A DNA stretch of 24,484 bases, from contig JAZDIV010000037.1 of the NCBI GenBank assembly GCA_043804695.1, forward strand, positions 1 to 24,484, written 5' to 3'. The notes beneath the pieces were generated by a model that was not told the origin of the DNA, ran no database searches, and saw only the letters and a list, made by a program, of their open reading frames with translations. Shown one piece after another: positions 1 through 8,260 of this stretch (the stretch's first letter is position 1; each line of letters starts with the position of its first letter). The position numbers were made by a program, and so were the translations under genes. The stretch is from PVC group bacterium (lineage in GTDB: Bacteria > Auribacterota > Erginobacteria > Erginobacterales > Erginobacteraceae).

Positions 1-199
1 TATTTTTCCGGAGGAAAAATAAGAATGGAATATCGGAAACCGACAGATAAATTATGTCCCATGGGGTAAATGGTGGCTGAGGTTAGAAGGCTTTTTTATT
101 ATTGTGCCTCGGTTAAGATATGTTGGTTAACCAACAGACCCCGATTGAATCAATCGGGGTCCATTATAAATTTGCGAACGTAGTGAGCTAATTTATAAG

Positions 200-628
200 A
201 TGAAGACATTTTCAGCAAAACCTGCCGAAATCGAAAGAAAATGGTACCTGGTCGACGCGGAGGACCAGGTGCTCGGCCGGATGGCGACCCGGATCGCCGA
301 CCTGCTGCGGGGGAAAAACAAGCCGATCTACACCCCCCACGTGGACACTGGCGATTTCGTGGTGGTGATCAACGCCGAAAAGGTCGCGGTCACCGGGAAG
401 AAGGCCGAGCAGAAAGAGTATCAGCGCTACAGCGGGTATCCGGGAGGACTGAAACGCATCCCGTATAAGCGGATGCTGCAAACCCATCCGGAACGGATCG
501 TCGAACACGCGGTTCGGGGGATGGTGCCTCATACCCGCCTGGGCCGGGCGATAATAAAAAAACTCAAGGTCTACGCGGGGCCGGATCATCCGCATGAAGC
601 CCAGCAGCCCGAAGTACTAAAGATGTAA
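200..628 (+). CDS. rplM: 50S ribosomal protein L13
   Basis: 142 aa with the motifs [35 protein letters not shown] and [16 protein letters not shown]; directly upstream of rpsI. Confidence 0.99.
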   Translation: MKTFSAKPAEIERKWYLVDAEDQVLGRMATRIADLLRGKNKPIYTPHVDTGDFVVVINAEKVAVTGKKAEQKEYQRYSGYPGGLKRIPYKRMLQTHPERIVEHAVRGMVPHTRLGRAIIKKLKVYAGPDHPHEAQQPEVLKM

Positions 629-818
629 ATAGCACCGGAGGTGCTCATTCACTGCTTCGGAATTTCAAAAACGGCAACGGTAAGGGTAACGATGCCCGTA
701 TCGGTAACGGTTAGGGTAACGGCCGCCTCACACGGCGCACGTAACCGTAACCGGCAGACGAAACGGGCCTCGTTACCGTAACCGTAACCAAGTAGCGCCG
801 AAGGCGCTAATTAATATT

Positions 819-1217
819 ATGAGCGATACCGTAAAATATTACGCGACCGGAAGGCGGAAAACCGCCGTGGCCAAGGTGTGGCTGCAGCCGGGGGCGGGGA
901 AGTTTACCATCAACCAGCGTTCGAGCCTGGAGGACTATTTCCGGCGCGATACCCTGGTCAAGAGGGTGAAGGCCCCGCTTCAGGTGACGGACAATATGGG
1001 GCGATATGACGTGGCCGCGCAGCTCTCGGGGGGCGGAAAGTCGGGCCAGGCGGGAGCCCTCTCCCACGGAATCGCCCGGGCCCTGGTAGGGGCCAACAGC
1101 GCCCTGCGGACTCCTCTCAAAGCGGCCGGCCATTTGACCCGGGACCCCCGGAAGAAAGAGCGGAAGAAATACGGCCAGGCGGGAGCCCGGAAAAAGTTCC
1201 AATTCTCGAAAAGATAA
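819..1217 (+). CDS. rpsI: 30S ribosomal protein S9
   Basis: ATGRRKTAVAKV, GGGKSGQAGA, LTRDPRKKERKKYG and the C-terminal ARKKFQFSKR signature. Confidence 0.99.
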   Translation: MSDTVKYYATGRRKTAVAKVWLQPGAGKFTINQRSSLEDYFRRDTLVKRVKAPLQVTDNMGRYDVAAQLSGGGKSGQAGALSHGIARALVGANSALRTPLKAAGHLTRDPRKKERKKYGQAGARKKFQFSKR

Positions 1218-1244
1218 AATCGGGATCGCCGGATTTGTCTTTTT

Positions 1245-1276
1245 TAAAAAAAGCAGGCTGCCGCCTGCTTTTTTTA
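1245..1276. terminator. Intrinsic terminator after rpsI, probably bidirectional
   Basis: TAAAAAAA-GCAGGC-tgcc-GCCTGC-TTTTTTTA: a GC stem flanked by A7 and T7 tracts. Confidence 0.85.
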
Positions 1277-1285
1277 TGCTATAAT
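1277..1285 (+). promoter_or_regulatory. Candidate extended -10 promoter (TGcTATAAT) for the arg cluster
   Basis: Exact TGnTATAAT match immediately after the terminator; no experimental support. Confidence 0.45.
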
Positions 1286-1333
1286 CCGATGTATGCCCGC
1301 CGGCCAAACGGCCGGCGGGCATACATCGGATTA
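1282..1333. repeat. Perfect 24-bp inverted repeat with a 4-nt loop
   Basis: TAATCCGATGTATGCCCGCCGGCC-aaac-GGCCGGCGGGCATACATCGGATTA. Confidence 0.95.
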
Positions 1334-1581
1334 GTTTTAAATAATGACGAAGGTTAAAGAATGGCCGAACAAAAACAGATTGATTTTATGAAATTCTCGG
1401 GCAGAGAATGTCAGCCAGAGGTCTCATTCCGGGGGCGGTGTTAACAAAAAGAACGACGCGTTGTTTCCCAGGATGGAAAAAACAGTTTGCTGTAGGCGTA
1501 GAACAGGGATTATGATGTATGCAAACGACAGTCACAATCGCGGATTATTCATGAAAATGGACAATTTTAAGGAATAGAATC

Positions 1582-2604
1582 ATGCTGAAAACGGCAATAG
1601 TCGGAGCGACAGGATACACGGGCCTGGAGATTGTCAAGCTCTTGCTCTCGCATGCCCGGGTTGAAATAACCTCTCTCACGGCCAAGGTGGAGAAGACGGT
1701 CGGGATCGGGGACATCTTCCCCGAACTGGCCGGACGGATCGAGATGGCCTGTTCGGACCTGGATCCGGACGATGTCTGCCGGAAGGCCGATTTTGTTTTC
1801 CTGGCCCTGCCCCACACCGTCTCCATGCAGTTCGCCCCGTTTTTCCTGAAAGCCGGCAAGAAGGTGGTCGACCTCAGCGCCGATTACCGGTTTCCCGACG
1901 GGGCCGTTTTCGAGAAGTGGTATGGAAGCCCGCACCTCGATCCGAAAGGTGCGGCGCGGGCGATCTACGGCCTCCCCGAGCTTTTCCGGGAGGATATCAG
2001 ACCCGCCCGGCTCCTGGCCAATCCGGGCTGCTACCCGACGGGAACCATCCTGGGCTGCTACCCGGCTCTCCGGGAAGGGCTGGTCTCCCCGGGTCGGATC
2101 ATCGTTGACGCCAAAACCGGGGTGACCGGCGCCGGCCGGAAAGCCAGCCTGGCCCTCCTTTTCCCGGAGGTGAACGAGAACTTCAAGGCTTACAGCCTGG
2201 GGACCCACAAGCATACCCCGGAGATGGAAGAGATCCTGGGCCGCGCCACCGGCGGGCCGGTCACCGTTGAGTTTGTCCCCCATCTCCTTCCGGTCAACCG
2301 GGGCATTTTGAGCACGATCTACCTCAGTCTGAAGAAGGATGTCGCTGAGCAGGACATCCTGGACGTATACCGGCGGTATTACCAAGGCGAGCCCTTCGTC
2401 AAGGTATATCCCGCCGGAACGCTCCCCCAGCTCCGGGAGGCGGTCGGCACCAACAACTGCCTGATCGGGCTCCGGGTGAACCCCCGGACCGGGAACCTGA
2501 TCGTGGTCAGCGCGATCGACAACCTTTTAAAAGGCGCCGCCGGGCAGGCGGTCCAGAATATGAACATCATGGAGGGTTTTGGAGAAACGGAAGGGTTAAG
2601 ATAG
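1582..2604 (+). CDS. argC: N-acetyl-gamma-glutamyl-phosphate reductase
   Basis: IVGATGYTG Rossmann motif, DLSADYR, ANPGCYPT catalytic Cys, DNLLKGAAGQAVQNMN. Confidence 0.98.
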   Translation: MLKTAIVGATGYTGLEIVKLLLSHARVEITSLTAKVEKTVGIGDIFPELAGRIEMACSDLDPDDVCRKADFVFLALPHTVSMQFAPFFLKAGKKVVDLSADYRFPDGAVFEKWYGSPHLDPKGAARAIYGLPELFREDIRPARLLANPGCYPTGTILGCYPALREGLVSPGRIIVDAKTGVTGAGRKASLALLFPEVNENFKAYSLGTHKHTPEMEEILGRATGGPVTVEFVPHLLPVNRGILSTIYLSLKKDVAEQDILDVYRRYYQGEPFVKVYPAGTLPQLREAVGTNNCLIGLRVNPRTGNLIVVSAIDNLLKGAAGQAVQNMNIMEGFGETEGLR

Positions 2605-2616
2605 ATGGAGGCACGG

Positions 2617-2720
2617 CAGTAATCAGTAATCGGTAATCAGTAATCGGTAATCAGTAATCGGTAATCAGTAATCAGTGATTGCTGATGTGCCGATTCCCGG
2701 CGAACTGATTACCGATTACC
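2617..2720. repeat. Heptamer (AATCRGT) tandem array with a short inverted partner arm
   Basis: 8 copies at 2621-2676; reverse-complement arm ACTGATT-ACCGATT-ACC at 2704-2720. Confidence 0.92.
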
Positions 2721-2727
2721 ATATACC

Positions 2728-2942
2728 TAGAGCTTACTCGAAAAGCTCGTAAGCTCTCAAATCCTAATATCAAAATACTAAATCCTAAATAATATCAAAT
2801 GCCCCAAACTAAAAAATCCAAAACAATGGGGCTAAAACCGTCGATATTTGAAACATTTGATCATTTGGATTTTGGATTTATTTAGGATTTAGATATTAGG
2901 ATTTAGGATTTCCCGCTCGAAATCCTTTTCGAGCAGGGTATA
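2728..2942. repeat. Composite palindromic element: AAATCCT-type heptamer arms inside imperfect terminal inverted repeats
   Basis: Arms at 2759-2824 and 2846-2911 are near reverse complements. The outer sequences 2728-2745 and 2925-2942 match at 14/18 as inverted repeats. Confidence 0.8.
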
Positions 2943-2945
2943 ACG

Positions 2946-4178
2946 ATGTGTATGACAACAAACGAAAAGATAAGACGGCTTGAGCCTCCGGCGCTGCCGG
3001 CCGGGTTTCTCTCCGCCGGCGCGGCCTGCGGGATCAAGCCGGACGGGGGACCGGATCTGGCGATGATCTATTCCGATGCGGAAACAGCCGCGGCCGGATC
3101 TTTCACCTCCAGCCGGGTGTCGGCGGCCCCGGTCAAGCTCAGCCGGACGGTCGTCTCCCGCGGCCGGTGCCGGGCGGTCATCGCCAACAGCGGCTGCGCC
3201 AACGCCGCCACCGGCGACCGGGGGATGAGAGACGCGGAGCGAATGGCCCGCCTGACCACGGAGGTTCTCGGCCTCGATTCGGGAGAGGTGGCGGTCGCGT
3301 CCACCGGACGGATCGGCCGCTTCCTCCCGATGGGCCGGATCGAAACCGGGATCCGGGACCTGGGTGCGATCATCCGGGAGGGGGGCAACGGGGACGCCGC
3401 CCGGGCCGTCATGACCACGGATACCGTGCCCAAGGAGATCGCCCTGGAGCTGCGGGTAGAGGGAAAGGTGGCCCGTCTCTGGGGGATCGCCAAAGGAGCG
3501 GGTATGATCTATCCCCGGATGCGGGTGGAAGGGGCGCCGCTCGCGACCATGCTCTCGTTTCTGGCGACCGATCTGGCGGCGGGGCCGCCCCTCCTCAGGG
3601 ATGCCCTCGATCGGTCGCTTTCCCGGTCGTTCAACCGGATAACGGTCGACGGCGACACCAGCACCAACGACACGGTGATCCTGATGGCCAACGGGCGGTC
3701 GGGCGCGGTGATCGAGGCGGGCGCGCCGTCCGCCGGCCTCTTCCAGGAGGCGCTGGATCGTCTCACCCGGGAGCTGGCCTGGATGATCGTGGCGGATGGC
3801 GAGGGCGCGGGGAAGTTCGTGGAGATCGACGTCCGCGGCGCCCTGACGGCGGACGATGCCCGCCGGGCGGCGGAGGCGGTCGGCAATTCGCTGCTCTTTA
3901 AGTGCGCCCTCCACGGGGAGACGCCGAACTGGGGGCGCCTTCTGGCGGCTCTGGGATACTCGGGGGCGGCGGTCGAGGAAGGCAGGATTGCCGTTTCCCT
4001 GGGGAGGGTCGAGGTTGTCCGCGGGGGATTGCTGACGGAGGCGAACGATGAGATGGTTTCTCAGGAGCTGAAAAAGCATCGCCTGTCGTTCCGGATCGAT
4101 CTCGGCTTGGGGGAGGGGTGGGATGTATGCTATACCTGTGACATCACGCCGCGATATGTGGAGATCAACAAGGAGTAG
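2946..4178 (+). CDS. argJ: Ornithine acetyltransferase / N-acetylglutamate synthase ArgJ
   Basis: NSGCANAATG, STGRIG, MTTDT, AKGAGMI, ATML autoproteolysis Thr, VDGDTSTND, DGEG, PNWGR. Start could be 2946 or 2952. Confidence 0.97.
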   Translation: MCMTTNEKIRRLEPPALPAGFLSAGAACGIKPDGGPDLAMIYSDAETAAAGSFTSSRVSAAPVKLSRTVVSRGRCRAVIANSGCANAATGDRGMRDAERMARLTTEVLGLDSGEVAVASTGRIGRFLPMGRIETGIRDLGAIIREGGNGDAARAVMTTDTVPKEIALELRVEGKVARLWGIAKGAGMIYPRMRVEGAPLATMLSFLATDLAAGPPLLRDALDRSLSRSFNRITVDGDTSTNDTVILMANGRSGAVIEAGAPSAGLFQEALDRLTRELAWMIVADGEGAGKFVEIDVRGALTADDARRAAEAVGNSLLFKCALHGETPNWGRLLAALGYSGAAVEEGRIAVSLGRVEVVRGGLLTEANDEMVSQELKKHRLSFRIDLGLGEGWDVCYTCDITPRYVEINKE

Positions 4179-4208
4179 TAATCAGTCATCAGTGATCGGT
4201 GGTCAGTG
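4177..4208. repeat. Solo degenerate ATCAGTG/ATCGGTG heptamer arm
   Basis: agta-atcagtc-atcagtg-atcggtg-gtcagtg; same unit family as the arrays at 2621 and 8126. Confidence 0.7.
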
Positions 4209-4237
4209 AAAAGAAAATTTTCCAGAGAAAAATTTTC

Positions 4238-5128
4238 ATGAAGAAAGTGATCGAGAAAGCCGCGGTTTTGATCGAGGCGCTCCCCTACATCCAGTCCTTT
4301 ACCGGCAAGATCGTGGTCGTCAAGCTGGGGGGAAGCGCCATGACCGCCCCCCCCTGCGTGGAGGGGGTGCTGCGGGATGTCGTTTTCATGGAGGCGGTCA
4401 AGATGAAGCCGCTGGTGGTCCACGGAGGAGGAAACGCGATCAGCCGGAAGATGAAGGAGGCCGGCATCTCTCCCCAATTTATCGAAGGGCTGCGGATCAC
4501 GGACAGGGAGATCATGAAAATTGTCTGGGAGGTTCTCTCCGGCATCAACGCCGAGCTGACGGAACAGATCCGCTCCCTGGGGGGCCGGGCGGAGGGGTTC
4601 TGCTCTCACGAGAACAGGGTGATCACGGCCCGGAAGCTGCAGCCGGTCGTCTCCGTCCCCGGGGGGGAGCCCCGCAGCGTCGACCTCGGCTTCGTCGGCG
4701 AGGTGGACGCGGTGGACACGAAAAGTCTCCTCAAGGTCCTCGGGCGGAATCGGGTCCCGGTGATCGCCCCGGTGGGAGCAGATGGCGCCGGCGACATCTA
4801 CAACATCAACGGGGACCTGGCCGCCGCCGCCCTGGCCGCGGCGCTGAAGGCCGAGAAGCTGGTCTTTCTCACCGACGTCGAGGGGATCATGACCAGGGAG
4901 GACGAGAGCGGAAGGCATCAGGTGCTCTCGTCGCTGAAAAAGGGAGAGATCGTCCGGCTCCTGGAGGAAGGGACAATAACCGGGGGCATGATCCCCAAGG
5001 CGACCGCCGGGCTCCACGCCCTGGAAGGAGGAGTGAAGAAAGTCCACATCATCGACGGGAGGATCAGGCACTCCCTCCTGCTGGAGATTTTCACCGACAA
5101 GGGGATCGGGACGGAGATAGTGAATTGA
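4238..5128 (+). CDS. argB: Acetylglutamate kinase
   Basis: LIEALPYI, VVKLGGSAM, VVHGGG, GLRITD, NINGD, LTDVEG, GGMIPK, GIGTEI. ATG at 4238 preferred because the longer ORF begins inside the repeat. Confidence 0.97.
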   Translation: MKKVIEKAAVLIEALPYIQSFTGKIVVVKLGGSAMTAPPCVEGVLRDVVFMEAVKMKPLVVHGGGNAISRKMKEAGISPQFIEGLRITDREIMKIVWEVLSGINAELTEQIRSLGGRAEGFCSHENRVITARKLQPVVSVPGGEPRSVDLGFVGEVDAVDTKSLLKVLGRNRVPVIAPVGADGAGDIYNINGDLAAAALAAALKAEKLVFLTDVEGIMTREDESGRHQVLSSLKKGEIVRLLEEGTITGGMIPKATAGLHALEGGVKKVHIIDGRIRHSLLLEIFTDKGIGTEIVN

Positions 5129-5189
5129 GGCGCAACAGGTGAGCGGCTCTGTGTTGAAGATTTGTTCGGATGATTATCGGTCATGCTGT

Positions 5190-5282
5190 ATGGGGTAATG
5201 GAATGATGGAGTGATGAAAAACCTTTCCGGCTGCAATGCCCCGGTACTTCATCACTCCATTACTCCATCATTCCAACACTCC
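5190..5282. repeat. Octamer (ATGGAGTG-type) inverted-arm element
   Basis: Left arm 5190-5218 and right arm 5248-5282; 5198-5218 and 5248-5268 match at 19/21 as inverted repeats. Confidence 0.88.
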
Positions 5283-5319
5283 CTGCTGACTATAATGTAA
5301 TGATGAGGATCATGATCGC

Positions 5320-6507
5320 ATGAGCAAGACAGAAGATTTTATTCGGGAATATGACCGGTTCGTCCTCAATACCTATACCCGGAATCCGGTAGTGATCGTG
5401 CGCGGCGAAGGGTCCCGGGTGTGGGATGCGGAGGGGAAAGAATACCTGGATTTTTTCCCCGGCTGGGGCGTCAGCAGTCTCGGGCACTGCCATCCCCGGG
5501 TGGTGGCGGCGGTCCGGGACCAGGCCGGCCGGCTCCTTCACATGCCGAACAATTTTTTTAATGAACTCCAGGGGCGGCTGGCCCGGGTGATCATCGAAAA
5601 ATCTTTTCCCGGCAAAGTCTTTTTCGGCAATTCCGGGGCGGAGGCCAATGAGGGCGCGATCAAACTGGCCCGGAGGTTCGGCGCGCCGGACGGCCGCTTT
5701 GAAATCATCACCATGAAGGCGTCCTTCCACGGCCGGACCCTGGCCGCCGTCACCGCCACCGGCCAGGAGAAGTACCACTCCGGGTTCGGCCCCCTGATCC
5801 CCGGCTTCCGGTATGTCCGCCTAAATGAGCTCGCCGAACTCGAAAAGGCCCTCAGCGAGCGGACGGTCGCCGTCATGCTGGAACTGATCCAGGGCGAGGG
5901 CGGGGTCATCCCCGCCCGGCCCGACTTCGTGGGGGCGGTCCGCGAGATCTGCGATCGCAAGAATCTTCTGATGATCGTCGACGAGGTGCAGACCGGGATG
6001 GGGCGGACAGGGGAGTACTTCGCCTTCCAGGCATACGGTGTCGAGCCGGACCTGATGACCCTGGCCAAGGCCCTCGGCGGCGGTCTCCCAATCGGCGCCA
6101 TGGTGGTGCAGGACCGGCTGGCCGGCGTCCTGACCCCGGGGACCCACGCCTCGACCTTCGGCGGGAGCCCGCTGGTCTGTGCGGCCGGCCTGGCGGTTTT
6201 TCAGGCAATGGAGGAAGAAAAGATCATCGAGAATGTGCGCGGTCGGGGAGAGCACCTGCGCCGGAGCCTGGACGGGCTCCGGGCTGAATTCCCGGTCATC
6301 CAGGAAGTCAGGGGGATGGGGCTGATGCTGGGGATGGAATGCGACCGGGAATGCAAGCCGGTTGTCGACTCCTGTCTGGCAAAAGGCCTGATCGTCAACT
6401 GCACCGCCGGGAATGTCCTGCGGTTGATGCCGGCCTGCACGATCACGAAAGAGGAGATCGATCGGGGGGTGGAGATACTGAGGGAAGTACTCCAGGATAT
6501 ACAATAA
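5320..6507 (+). CDS. argD: Acetylornithine aminotransferase (class III PLP)
   Basis: GKEYLDF, LGHCHP, NSGAEANE, SFHGRT, IQGEGGV, DEVQTGMGRTG, TLAKALGGG, HASTFGG; position in the arg cluster. Confidence 0.95.
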   Translation: MSKTEDFIREYDRFVLNTYTRNPVVIVRGEGSRVWDAEGKEYLDFFPGWGVSSLGHCHPRVVAAVRDQAGRLLHMPNNFFNELQGRLARVIIEKSFPGKVFFGNSGAEANEGAIKLARRFGAPDGRFEIITMKASFHGRTLAAVTATGQEKYHSGFGPLIPGFRYVRLNELAELEKALSERTVAVMLELIQGEGGVIPARPDFVGAVREICDRKNLLMIVDEVQTGMGRTGEYFAFQAYGVEPDLMTLAKALGGGLPIGAMVVQDRLAGVLTPGTHASTFGGSPLVCAAGLAVFQAMEEEKIIENVRGRGEHLRRSLDGLRAEFPVIQEVRGMGLMLGMECDRECKPVVDSCLAKGLIVNCTAGNVLRLMPACTITKEEIDRGVEILREVLQDIQ

Positions 6508-6513
6508 GATAAT

Positions 6514-6602
6514 AACCACGACACGAAGAACACGAAGGGGAAGAAAAGTTGATCGGGACGTGAGGTATCCGTTTCCTTCATCTCCTTCGTGAACTTCGTG
6601 GT
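6514..6602. repeat. Nonamer (CACGAAGAA-type) inverted-arm element
   Basis: aaccacga-cacgaagaa-cacgaaggg ... ccttcatctccttcgtgaacttcgtggt. Confidence 0.8.
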
Positions 6603-6640
6603 AATATTCGTATTTTCCTGCTTCGGAATTTCAATAAACA

Positions 6641-6869
6641 TCGTAGCGGCGGTCTTTAGAGGCTGTCCGACAACCCCTAAAATGTCATCGCGAGCCCCGG
6701 AGGGGCGAAGCGATCTAAAAGCTTGACCATAACATGATAGATCCCAACTGGTTGAGATTGCTTCGTCGCTGCGCTCCTCGCAATGACATCCAAAATGCCT
6801 AAAATCCGAATTATCGGACAGCTTCTTTAGACCGCCACCCTCATGGCGACCTGAAGGTCGCCGCTACGA
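6641..6869. repeat. GTAG-type REP doublet (REPIN-like) interrupted by a MITE
   Basis: Reconstructed left unit GTAGCGGCGGTC-TTTA-GACCGCC; right unit (reverse complement) GTAGCGGCGACCTTCAGGTCGCC; perfect outer 11-bp inverted repeat. Confidence 0.8.
6659..6825. mobile_element. 167-bp non-autonomous MITE with 15-bp TIRs and a TTTA target duplication
   Basis: Left end GAGGCTGTCCGACAA vs reverse complement of right end GAAGCTGTCCGATAA (13/15); TTTA at 6655-6658 and 6826-6829. Confidence 0.8.
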
Positions 6870-6907
6870 AGTTAGCGCGAAGCGCTAAGTTCTTTAAGGA
6901 GTGAGAG

Positions 6908-8113
6908 ATGAGTAAAGTCGTACTGGCATATTCCGGTGGGCTTGATACCTCCATTATTCTGAAGTGGCTTCAGGTTGAAAAAGGGCTGGAGGTGGTTGCT
7001 TTTATCGCCGACCTGGGACAGGAAGGGGAAGTGCCGGCGGCGGCCAAAAAAGCCGAACGGACCGGGGCCTGCGCGGTGTACGTGGAGGATGTCCGGGAAG
7101 AGTTCGTGCGGGACTTTGTCTTCCCCGCCCTCCAGGCCAACGCGGTCTATGAAGGAAGTTACCTGCTGGGCACCTCCCTGGCCCGGCCCCTGATCGCGAA
7201 GAAGATGGTTGAAATCGCCCGGAAGGAAGGGGCGGAGTACGTTGCCCACGGCGCCACCGGCAAAGGCAACGACCAGGTGCGGTTCGAGGTCAGCTGTATC
7301 GCCCTGGAGCCGGCGATCAAGATCATCGCGCCCTGGCGGGAGTGGAGCTTCCGGTCGCGGAGCGACCTGATCGCCTACGCGAAAAAGCACGGGATCGATG
7401 TTCCGGTGACCCGGGAGAAGCCGTACAGCATCGACCGCAACCTGCTCCACATCAGTTTCGAGGGGGGGATACTGGAAGATCCCTGGAAGAAGCCCCCGGA
7501 GGATATGTTCGTCCTCAGCGTCTCTCCCCAGGCCGCGCCTGACCGGACGGTCGTCATCGAGATCGGGTTCGAGGGGGGAATTCCGGTGCTTCTTGACGGG
7601 GAGAAGCCGTCTCCCGCCGCCCTGCTCGGCGCCCTGAACAGGCTGGGGGGGGAGAACGGGATCGGCCGGAAGGACATCGTCGAAAACCGGTACGTGGGGA
7701 TGAAGAGCCGGGGGGTCTATGAGACGCCGGGGGGAACCATCCTCCACATCGCCCACTGGGCCCTGGAGACGATCACCCTCGACCGCGAGGTCTTCCACTT
7801 CAAGGATTCGCTGATCACCAAATACTCCGAGCTGGTCTATAACGGGTTCTGGTTCGCCCCCGAGATGGAACTGCTCCGGAAGACGATCGCGGAGAGCCAG
7901 CAGGATGTGACCGGCACGGTTCGCCTGGAACTGTACAAGGGCAACTGCACGGTGACGGGGAGAAAGTCCCCCAACTCGCTCTACGACCCGGAAATGGTGA
8001 CCTTCGAGGAAGATGACGTCTACCGGCAGAGCGACGCGACCGGCTTCATCCGTCTCAACGCCCTGCGGCTGAAGATCCGGGCCCGGCTGAAAAAAAGTTC
8101 TTCAAATGGATGA
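6908..8113 (+). CDS. argG: Argininosuccinate synthase
   Basis: [61 protein letters not shown] upstream. Confidence 0.99.
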   Translation: MSKVVLAYSGGLDTSIILKWLQVEKGLEVVAFIADLGQEGEVPAAAKKAERTGACAVYVEDVREEFVRDFVFPALQANAVYEGSYLLGTSLARPLIAKKMVEIARKEGAEYVAHGATGKGNDQVRFEVSCIALEPAIKIIAPWREWSFRSRSDLIAYAKKHGIDVPVTREKPYSIDRNLLHISFEGGILEDPWKKPPEDMFVLSVSPQAAPDRTVVIEIGFEGGIPVLLDGEKPSPAALLGALNRLGGENGIGRKDIVENRYVGMKSRGVYETPGGTILHIAHWALETITLDREVFHFKDSLITKYSELVYNGFWFAPEMELLRKTIAESQQDVTGTVRLELYKGNCTVTGRKSPNSLYDPEMVTFEEDDVYRQSDATGFIRLNALRLKIRARLKKSSSNG

Positions 8114-8122
8114 TCTGAGAAT

Positions 8123-8238
8123 GGTAATCCGTAATTGATAATTAGTAATCGGTAATCGGTAATCGGTAATCAGTAGGCAGCGACCACGGGTGCCGAATAG
8201 TGACTTCCCGATTACTGATCACCGATCACCGATTACTG
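8123..8238. repeat. AATCRGT heptamer inverted-arm element
   Basis: 7 partly degenerate units at 8126-8174; reverse-complement arm at 8208-8238. Confidence 0.9.
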
Positions 8239-8260
8239 TTCTTTGCAGGAGGCATTTCTG

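Noticed and set aside
1361..1444. 27-aa ORF (MAEQKQIDF...FRGRC) as an arginine attenuator leader
   Set aside because: Only three scattered Arg codons, and no terminator/antiterminator was seen before argC.
1505..1560. ArgR (ARG) boxes upstream of argC
   Set aside because: Only half-site matches (ATGCA, ATTCA); no paired palindromic boxes.
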